The notes below the pieces were generated by a model. It worked only from the letters and a program-made list of their open reading frames with translations, was not told where the DNA came from and did not search any database. The translations under genes and the position numbers were made by a program. DNA of 64,000 bases from Myxococcales bacterium (lineage in GTDB: Bacteria; UBA10199; 2-02-FULL-44-16; JAAZCA01), in the NCBI GenBank assembly GCA_012513515.1, contig JAAZCA010000014.1, positions 1,268-65,267 on the forward strand, given 5' to 3'. This document shows positions 57,185 to 64,000 of this stretch, piece after piece; positions within the stretch are counted from its first letter, which is position 1, and the number at the start of each line of letters is the position of its first letter.

Positions 57185-58237
57185 TTACCTCAAAATTCGA
57201 TGAATTTCCTGTGCTATCCCACTCAGTGGCAGAACTTTGTCCGCAAGATTCGCAGATACCACGCTCTTAGGCATTCCATATATGACCGAACTGGCTTCAT
57301 CCTGGGCTATCACAACGCCACCTGCGCTTTTAATCGCCGACGAGCCCAAAGTCCCATCGCTTCCCATTCCTGTCAGTACTACTCCAACCACCATGTTAGA
57401 AAAAGAAGCCGCGGCAGACTTCATCGTAAAGTCAGCACAGGGTCTCAGACCGAAAACAGGAGGTGCATCACTCAGGGTGATTATCGGTGTTTGCAATGTA
57501 CCGGATATTTCCAGATGAGAACCACCCTTTGCCACCACCGCCTCTCCAGCGTGCAAAATCATTCCGTTTGCGGCCTCACGAACTGATATCTGGGATATTT
57601 TATCTAATCTTTCAGCCAGGGACTTTGTAAATCCTGCCGGCATGTGTTGCACAACCAGGATGGCAGCGGGAATATCTTTCTCGATGGCAGGCAGAAGTAT
57701 AGCCAAAGCCTGGGTTCCGCCAGTTGAAGATGCTATAATGATAATTCTTTTCATGTGCTCGACCTTGCCGGTTTTTTTTGCAGCGCACTTGCTAGCTTCG
57801 GCATAGATGAGTTTTAATTTGTTCACCGGGACCCGGGCGGCGTTTTTAACCTTGGCAAGAATATTTGCCGCAACTTCATCGATATTTAACGAGATCACAC
57901 CGCTTGGCTTGGTCACAAAATCCACAGCCCCGTACTCCAGCGCTTTCAAAGTTTGTTCGGAGTCTTTGGCCGTAAAAGCACTAATTATCACGCACGGAGT
58001 GGGCATTTCGCTCATGATGTAGCCAAGAGCATCAAGGCCGCTCATCACCGGCATCTCGATATCAAGGGTTATAACATCAGGTTTAAGTGAATTGGCGCTT
58101 TCGATGGCTTCCTTACCATCCTTTGCAACGGCGATAACATTTATATCAGGATCCGAAGAGAGTATCTCCACTATCTTCTTGCGCATGAAAGCGCTGTCAT
58201 CCGCAACCAAGACTCTTATCTTACTTTTTTCTATCAT
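57185..58237 (-). CDS. cheB: protein-glutamate methylesterase/deamidase CheB (REC + CheB catalytic domain)
   Basis: It has an N-terminal receiver domain (VLVADDSAFMRK, phospho-acceptor Asp in LDIEMP) and a C-terminal methylesterase domain (GASTGG, GMGSDG). Confidence 0.9.
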   Translation of the reverse strand: MIEKSKIRVLVADDSAFMRKKIVEILSSDPDINVIAVAKDGKEAIESANSLKPDVITLDIEMPVMSGLDALGYIMSEMPTPCVIISAFTAKDSEQTLKALEYGAVDFVTKPSGVISLNIDEVAANILAKVKNAARVPVNKLKLIYAEASKCAAKKTGKVEHMKRIIIIASSTGGTQALAILLPAIEKDIPAAILVVQHMPAGFTKSLAERLDKISQISVREAANGMILHAGEAVVAKGGSHLEISGTLQTPIITLSDAPPVFGLRPCADFTMKSAAASFSNMVVGVVLTGMGSDGTLGSSAIKSAGGVVIAQDEASSVIYGMPKSVVSANLADKVLPLSGIAQEIHRILR

Positions 58238-58249
58238 TGATCCCCTCTG

Positions 58250-58615
58250 TCACTCGCCTATGACACGAACCACTTCTTCGATTAGGACTTCAGGCCGAAA
58301 CGGCTTTATGATGAAACCTTTTGCACCAGCCTGTATTGCTTCAACAACCATCCCCTGATTGCCAAGGGCGCTGACGACGAGAATTTTTGCATTTGGATCG
58401 AATGACATTATTTCGCGGGTCGCCTCTATACCGTTTTTATCGTTCATGACTATATCCATGGTGATGATATCCGGACGATGTTCCCTATATTTTTTCAAGG
58501 CGTCATCACCGCTCACCGCCTCTGCAACGATCTGATATCCATGTTTCAGCAAGATATCCTTGATCAGCTCCCTCATAAAACTTGCATCATCGGCAACTAG
58601 AACCCTTTTTTGCAT
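58250..58615 (-). CDS. cheY: chemotaxis response regulator CheY
   Basis: It is a stand-alone REC domain of 121 aa. Confidence 0.85.
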   Translation of the reverse strand: MQKRVLVADDASFMRELIKDILLKHGYQIVAEAVSGDDALKKYREHRPDIITMDIVMNDKNGIEATREIMSFDPNAKILVVSALGNQGMVVEAIQAGAKGFIIKPFRPEVLIEEVVRVIGE

Positions 58616-58629
58616 ACGTCCTCCGCCAA

Positions 58630-59124
58630 TCAGGTGGTTTTGTCTGCGGCATTTATACTCTTTATTAACATCTGCAAAGTTTTCGTAAAAAACAAAACCG
58701 AGCGCCCGTAATTGCCACCTACATCTGAGGCCACCAGAGGTATTCCAAGGTCATCCAAAACTGCCAGCGCAGTCTCATAGTTCCTGGCGCCTATGCCAGG
58801 CGCCGAACTCTGAATTGAAGGAAACATATTTGCGCCGCCGGCGATTTTCGCCCTCAGGTTAAGGCGTTTTCCTCCAATTTTTAAAATTCCATCCACCAAC
58901 TCTCTAATGCCGGAATCGACGAACTTCGAATTCTTGTGACGGGCGGAAGATCTGGCTGCTGATCTTTCCGGCAACATAGCATGCAGAAGCCCGGCTGAAT
59001 GCGCCACACAATCATATATAGCAACGCCGAGACAGGAGCCCAATGCCTTGGTTTCAAGAACGAGAGGAACTCTCACGACAGCGCTCTCAGCTATTCCGAC
59101 AATAACATTTCCTTCAAGAGTCAT
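58630..59124 (-). CDS. cheD: chemoreceptor glutamine deamidase CheD
   Basis: It belongs to the CheD family and contains the conserved ...LGSCLGVAIYD segment. Confidence 0.85.
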   Translation of the reverse strand: MTLEGNVIVGIAESAVVRVPLVLETKALGSCLGVAIYDCVAHSAGLLHAMLPERSAARSSARHKNSKFVDSGIRELVDGILKIGGKRLNLRAKIAGGANMFPSIQSSAPGIGARNYETALAVLDDLGIPLVASDVGGNYGRSVLFFTKTLQMLIKSINAADKTT

Positions 59125-59133
59125 CTCAAATGA

Positions 59134-59523
59134 TCACCTTGCAAGTTTTTCGACTGCAGCAAGAATTCTGGCGGATTCGAAAGGCTTTACTACAAAGTCT
59201 TTCGCGCCAGCCTGTATTGCTTCAACAACAAGTTGTTGCTGCCCCATGGCGCTTACAACCAGTATCACCGCGCGTTCATCGGATTCGATTATTTGTTTGA
59301 CCGCATCAATCCCATTCATTTCGGGCATTATGATATCCATCGTAACAAGGTCAGGTTTTAGCTTCGTGTACATTTCAACCGCTTCCTTTCCGTTGGCGGC
59401 CTCTCCAGCTATGCGATGTCCGGCTTCCTTGAGAATATCTGAAAGCATCTTCCTCATGAATATTGCATCATCTACAATTAAAATATTCATTTTCTTCTTA
59501 GTCATGACGCCCTCCGGTTTCAT
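59134..59523 (-). CDS. CheY-like response regulator (receiver only)
   Basis: It is a REC domain of 129 aa. Confidence 0.82.
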   Translation of the reverse strand: MKPEGVMTKKKMNILIVDDAIFMRKMLSDILKEAGHRIAGEAANGKEAVEMYTKLKPDLVTMDIIMPEMNGIDAVKQIIESDERAVILVVSAMGQQQLVVEAIQAGAKDFVVKPFESARILAAVEKLAR

Positions 59524-59923
59524 CCTTTCTACTGGTTCTATCTGTCGGCCAATCGGACAATCCTATGAATTCATACATCCTGGCGAAACAGAAGTCGGCG
59601 AAGAGGCGCCTTGCCTCATTGCTGATATTTTCAAATGCAATGCCATACTCATGTCGTCCAGTGGAATTTTCCGATGTGCGTACTATACGCCCTCTTATCT
59701 TGAGAGATTCTCCACCTGAATCTCCGAGTAATATTTCAAGGTCTATCAGAGAATCGGATGGAAGATCTTCCTCAGCAATGAGGAGACAGCCTCCTGCGCT
59801 TATATTACCCGACTTGGCAGCGCGTTTCTCCCCGCCTCCGGAAACGGAATAAAGAACCTCGATGGGTATATCGAGTCTTGCGCTCTTCCTTCGTTCACCT
59901 TCGCTGTTTCGGGAATCGGTCAT
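59498..59923 (-). CDS. PilZ-domain protein (putative c-di-GMP receptor)
   Basis: It has the PilZ motifs RRKSARLD...GNISAGGCLL. Confidence 0.75.
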   Translation of the reverse strand: MTDSRNSEGERRKSARLDIPIEVLYSVSGGGEKRAAKSGNISAGGCLLIAEEDLPSDSLIDLEILLGDSGGESLKIRGRIVRTSENSTGRHEYGIAFENISNEARRLFADFCFARMYEFIGLSDWPTDRTSRKDETGGRHD

Positions 59924-59937
59924 TTGGAATCTGCCTT

Positions 59938-60423
59938 TTATTGTTCCGTCTGCACTGGAAGATGTGCGCTCTCTTCCTTGCTGAGTATGCTACCAGCATC
60001 CAGGACAATGATGAGCCTATCCTGAAACTTACCAACACCCTTTATGAATTCCGCATGGACTTTGGATTCAATCATCGCAGGAGTCGGCTCCATATCATTT
60101 AAGGGCATGCGAATAACCTCTGGTACCTCGTCCACTATTAAGCCTATTTTGCTATCCCCAACTTCGACAATTATTATTCTGGCGATATCCGTTCTTAGCG
60201 AATTTTTGATGGCGAAGCGTTGCGCCAGATCCATAACAGCCACTATCTGCCCTCTCAAGTTCAGCACCCCGGTTATAAAGTCGGGGGCCTTGGGCATGGG
60301 AGTTATTTCCTGCATTCTGATAATTTCCCTGACTTGCGATATGTCCAAAGCAAACTCTTCATCAGCAAGCCTGAAGACCACCAATTGGAGCTCTTCGGAT
60401 ACGGATTTATTTTTGTCATTCAT
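59938..60423 (-). CDS. cheW: chemotaxis coupling protein CheW
   Basis: It is a CheW-like domain of 161 aa. Confidence 0.88.
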   Translation of the reverse strand: MNDKNKSVSEELQLVVFRLADEEFALDISQVREIIRMQEITPMPKAPDFITGVLNLRGQIVAVMDLAQRFAIKNSLRTDIARIIIVEVGDSKIGLIVDEVPEVIRMPLNDMEPTPAMIESKVHAEFIKGVGKFQDRLIIVLDAGSILSKEESAHLPVQTEQ

Positions 60424-60438
60424 TTAGTTGCTCGCTTT

Positions 60439-62631
60439 TTATAAAGTTTGTGAGTTCTTTTTCGCATGCCTCTTCTGAGGAAGAGCGTCTTCAGGGCCGG
60501 TAGAATCAAGTCTGAATTGTCCCACCATATCTCGCAAGGCTATACCCATGTCAGCGAGTTCTTGAGCGCTGGAAACAAGCTCTTCCATAGAAGCGGTCAT
60601 CTCCTCCGATGAAGCGCTCGCTTCTTCAGTGGCTGCGGCGGTCTCTTCAGCTACCGAAGCTATATCAGAGACGGCTTTAGCGACCTGTTTTGCGCTGGAA
60701 GCCTGTTCCTGGTTAGCAGAGGAAACATCTTCCACCATCGCAGCGAGCCTTTCAGAACTCTTCACAATCTCAATAAGCCCTGAGCCGAGCCTTTTGGTGA
60801 TCTCGTTTATCTCTTCCGCATCCTGGGCGGCACCCTGTATGCTGAGAACCGCGTCGCCTGTATCCTGTTGTACATCTTTTATGAGCTTTTCGATCTCTTC
60901 GGCAGATTTAGCGGATGCCTCTGCAAGTTTTCTGACTTCCTCTGCAACGACGGCAAAACCTCGACCATACTCACCAGCCCTTGCTGCCTCTATGGCCGCG
61001 TTTAAGGCCAGCAGGTTTGTCTGATCTGCAATGCTGGTTATCACGTCCACTATTTCTCCTATCTGATCGGACCTCTCCCCGAGTTTTTTTACAGAATCAA
61101 CAGATCTCCCGACAATCTCCGAGATTTTAGTCACCTTCCGTTGGGTTTCTGTAGCAGCTTCGCTCCCTTTTTGAGATATCTTGAGAGAACCGGCAGCCTC
61201 GTTTGCAGCATGCTGCGCGCTAACTGAGACTTGACTTATAGCAGCGGACACATGTTCCATCACCTTTTGAGTTTCATCTATTCTCTGCGCCTGCGACTCG
61301 GTTCCTTTTGATATCTGCTGGACGGTAGATGAAACCTCTTCCGTCGTGGCATTCATCTGCTGAGCGGTCGAAGAAAGCTCCTGTGAAGAGACGGAGATTC
61401 GCTCAGAAGTCCTCAGGATCTGCGAGACCATCCCTCGCAAAGTGGCGATCATATCCTGTAACGATTTTGAAAGATCCCCTATCTCATCGTCGGTTTTTTC
61501 ATCAGGAGAGACAGATAGGTTCCCAGAAGCAACCTGTTTGGCAACCAATGACATCCTTATCATCGGGCCTGCAATTATGCCTGAAAGGTAAAGAGCTGCG
61601 AACGCAACTGCGACAACCGAAAAGACCACGATCAGGATGACCCAATTCCTGAGAGCGAAGACAGGTGCGAAGGCCTCGTCATAGTCCATCTTTGATATTA
61701 TATGCCACCCGAAATCCGTCGCAAAGTTTTCACCGAGCCCAAGAGCCCGATAGCTTTCGATGACCTTGTTGCCCTTATAATCTTTCGCTATCAGATTTCC
61801 GCTGGCATTTTTAATAGCGGATCTTCCAGCATCGGTATCGATTTTTGCTTTCAAAATTCTAAAGGCATTGTCAAATCTCGAATCGCTTCTCACTAAAAGA
61901 TCATCGCCTATCAAGAGCGATTCTCCAGTGCGGCCCAGACCTGTAGCATCATTGACAAGATCGTTTATCCTATCCGTTCCAACCTGAAACGCGATGACGG
62001 CTATCACGGACCCATCGGAAGCCTTAACCGGTACCCCCACAAAAAATGCAGGCGAATTGCTGGGCGCGTAAATTGAAAAATCTTCAAAAACCACTTTTTT
62101 TTGTTTAATGACCTTTGACCAGAGCCTCGCCAATCCAGAATTACTTAAACTGCCGGTCGTAAGATTTGTTCCGAGATCACTTTCCCTTGTATATGTGTGC
62201 ATCACATGACCATGCGTGACGCACATAAAGAACATATCGTAGTAACCAAATGTCTTAGAATAAAAATCAAAAAACGGCGCGATCTCGGCTTGTATTTTTT
62301 TATATTCCTCCGTAGTGATGTCAAAAACGCCACCATCCCTTGCTCCGCTCGAGTCGTGATATCTATTCAACCTTTCAAAGGCCAATCTCGTATTGCCGAG
62401 CTGCGCCAAAAGCGTGGCATTAGCAGAGAGCTCCTCGAAATAATGCAAGACCAACCTCCCTTTTAATTCATTGATGGAGGTAAGCTCCGAAAAAATCTTT
62501 TTCTCCAAAGCATTTCTTGAATTTGAATACGCAAGAACGCTAGTGACGAGAAGAGGAAGCAAGGCTATCAGAAGAAACCACACGAGCAGCTTTCCCTTCA
62601 ATCCACTTAAAAATTTTCTAGTACGCATCAT
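60439..62631 (-). CDS. methyl-accepting chemotaxis protein (dCache-like periplasmic sensor, HAMP, MA signalling domain)
   Basis: It has two transmembrane segments flanking a periplasmic domain of about 280 aa, followed by HAMP and the conserved MCP signalling-domain hairpin ([46 protein letters not shown]). Confidence 0.88.
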   Translation of the reverse strand: MMRTRKFLSGLKGKLLVWFLLIALLPLLVTSVLAYSNSRNALEKKIFSELTSINELKGRLVLHYFEELSANATLLAQLGNTRLAFERLNRYHDSSGARDGGVFDITTEEYKKIQAEIAPFFDFYSKTFGYYDMFFMCVTHGHVMHTYTRESDLGTNLTTGSLSNSGLARLWSKVIKQKKVVFEDFSIYAPSNSPAFFVGVPVKASDGSVIAVIAFQVGTDRINDLVNDATGLGRTGESLLIGDDLLVRSDSRFDNAFRILKAKIDTDAGRSAIKNASGNLIAKDYKGNKVIESYRALGLGENFATDFGWHIISKMDYDEAFAPVFALRNWVILIVVFSVVAVAFAALYLSGIIAGPMIRMSLVAKQVASGNLSVSPDEKTDDEIGDLSKSLQDMIATLRGMVSQILRTSERISVSSQELSSTAQQMNATTEEVSSTVQQISKGTESQAQRIDETQKVMEHVSAAISQVSVSAQHAANEAAGSLKISQKGSEAATETQRKVTKISEIVGRSVDSVKKLGERSDQIGEIVDVITSIADQTNLLALNAAIEAARAGEYGRGFAVVAEEVRKLAEASAKSAEEIEKLIKDVQQDTGDAVLSIQGAAQDAEEINEITKRLGSGLIEIVKSSERLAAMVEDVSSANQEQASSAKQVAKAVSDIASVAEETAAATEEASASSEEMTASMEELVSSAQELADMGIALRDMVGQFRLDSTGPEDALPQKRHAKKNSQTL

Positions 62632-62655
62632 CCCCCCTAATTTTGGCTGAAACCG

Positions 62656-63495
62656 CTACCCGGATTTACCCTTTCTGAATATCCTCAGATTCGCATCGCT
62701 GAGATCAAACAAACCCCTCATTTCATCAGGTACGCTCTCCACAAGTCCCATTACTAAATATCCATTATCATAAAGTTTTTCAAATATTCGTCGCATAACT
62801 AAAAGCTGTAGATTTCTTTCGAAGTATATAAAGACATTTCGACACAATATCAAATCAAAGATTTCAGCCCTGAGCTCCTTGGTAAGGTCATGGCGCACAA
62901 AATTTACCGATTTTCTGAGTTTTTCAGGGAGCGACCACCCCTCACCCTCCTTCGGCTCGAGATTTTTTCGGCATAAAGCGCGAAAATCTTCCCGCAAACT
63001 TACAATTTCCGAATCAGCAATGCTGAAAGTTCGGGCATCTTCAATTGAATTTTCATCTATATCCGTGCCTAATAGTTTTATTCTATCTGGATCGTAGGAG
63101 CTGCCGAGGATCTCCAGGAGGAGGATCAGAACGGAATATGCCTCGCGTCCGGTTGCACAGGCAGAGCTCCAAATGCGAATTTCTCCGCCGCTTGAATACT
63201 TTTTCAAATTTAAAATTTCGGGAATAACCTTTGTTCGAAGGGAATCGAAGACCTTTGGATCGCGAAACAGTTCGGTAACATTTATAGTGATTTTATCGAC
63301 GAGAAAATCCATCTCCGCAGGATCGGATTCCAAAAGCTCGAGATACTCCTCCAAATTTGGACGCTTTGCCAAAAGCGCTCTGGTTGCTATCCTTCTTGCC
63401 AGAAGAGGCTTCCTATATTGCGAAAAATCGAGACGACGCTCAGATTTGATTTTCTGAATTATAGAATCGATCACTTTTAGATTCTGTTTGACCAT
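62656..63495 (-). CDS. cheR: chemotaxis protein methyltransferase CheR (second copy)
   Basis: It has CheR N- and C-terminal methyltransferase domains. Confidence 0.82.
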   Translation of the reverse strand: MVKQNLKVIDSIIQKIKSERRLDFSQYRKPLLARRIATRALLAKRPNLEEYLELLESDPAEMDFLVDKITINVTELFRDPKVFDSLRTKVIPEILNLKKYSSGGEIRIWSSACATGREAYSVLILLLEILGSSYDPDRIKLLGTDIDENSIEDARTFSIADSEIVSLREDFRALCRKNLEPKEGEGWSLPEKLRKSVNFVRHDLTKELRAEIFDLILCRNVFIYFERNLQLLVMRRIFEKLYDNGYLVMGLVESVPDEMRGLFDLSDANLRIFRKGKSG

Positions 63496-63518
63496 CCATC
63501 TCCATAAGATCGAGACTT

Positions 63519-63887
63519 CTATTTTTTGAGCATAGCGGCTATCTTATCAAGTAGAACCTTTCCGTCGAACGGCTTGGTCATATAGGCGTCGGCACGTACA
63601 TCATCGCCGATATTTTTATCACACTCCTGCCCCCGCGCAGTAAGCATCAGCACCTTGATGTGCATAAATTTGACGTCGAATTTCAGGAGGCGACAAACCT
63701 GGTAACCATCGAGCTTCGGCATCATTACATCCAGTATGATCAAATCGGGCTGGATAGTTTTCGCCTTATTTAACCCCTCCTGACCGTCGTAAGCGGTTTC
63801 AACCTGATACCCCTGTGATTCAAGACGAAACTTAATCGTCTCAACCAGATCAACTTCATCATCGATTATGAGAATCTTTTTGGGCAT
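63519..63887 (-). CDS. CheY-like response regulator
   Basis: It is a REC domain (ILIIDDEVDLVE...LDVMMP) and the first gene of the che cluster. Confidence 0.82.
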   Translation of the reverse strand: MPKKILIIDDEVDLVETIKFRLESQGYQVETAYDGQEGLNKAKTIQPDLIILDVMMPKLDGYQVCRLLKFDVKFMHIKVLMLTARGQECDKNIGDDVRADAYMTKPFDGKVLLDKIAAMLKK

Positions 63888-64000
63888 CTCTCCTCCAAGT
63901 TACGACACACAAAGGCATATTAAAAAAAGATATCTACCCTCTAAAAAGAACCGGCTGACCTATATATTACAATTTTAGATTTCTGTAAAAAGAAAACCCG

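Noticed and set aside
63888-64000. Sigma-28 (FliA) promoter upstream of the chemotaxis cluster
   Set aside because: No TAAAGTTT-N11-GCCGATAA-like match was found on the minus strand of this region, and the window ends here.

Overview
This 64-kb window comes from a bacterial chromosome of about 50-55% GC, with densely packed housekeeping operons on both strands. The lineage cannot be determined from the sequence. The + strand carries ftsH(3' part)-folP-glmM-pdxJ-acpS-nnr-tsaE-lpd-lysC, and further along an OmpA-family outer-membrane protein and recG, lipA plus an SRPBCC protein, and ptsN followed by a CPA2 antiporter and mscS. The - strand carries an rpoH-like sigma followed by shc, the pyrR-pyrB-pyrC operon, and a lepB / lepA / SPOR protein / argS / M16 peptidase pair block. 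It also carries pdaD-speB (putrescine synthesis), larB-larE-HAD, and a 13-kb chemotaxis cluster of cheR, two cheC, a PAS histidine kinase, cheA, cheB, cheY, cheD, cheY, a PilZ protein, cheW, an MCP, a second cheR and a third cheY-like receiver. Between these blocks sit accessory segments bounded by a conspicuous, modular family of short palindromic intergenic repeats (REP/MITE-like) present at 14 or more loci. The accessory segments are an HTH-Doc toxin-antitoxin pair and a 1767-aa secreted giant protein (FG-GAP-like repeats, CGDG Cys-rich repeats, C-terminal sorting-like tail). They also include a divergent pair of four-helix-bundle (TIGR02436-like) genes around a perfect 23-bp palindrome, and a low-GC AAA+ ATPase island. 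The window also holds one initiator-type tRNA(CAT), a Lys/Ala-repeat histone-H1-like gene, an atypical HATPase-containing membrane protein and argF. No rRNA, CRISPR array, transposase or prophage was seen.
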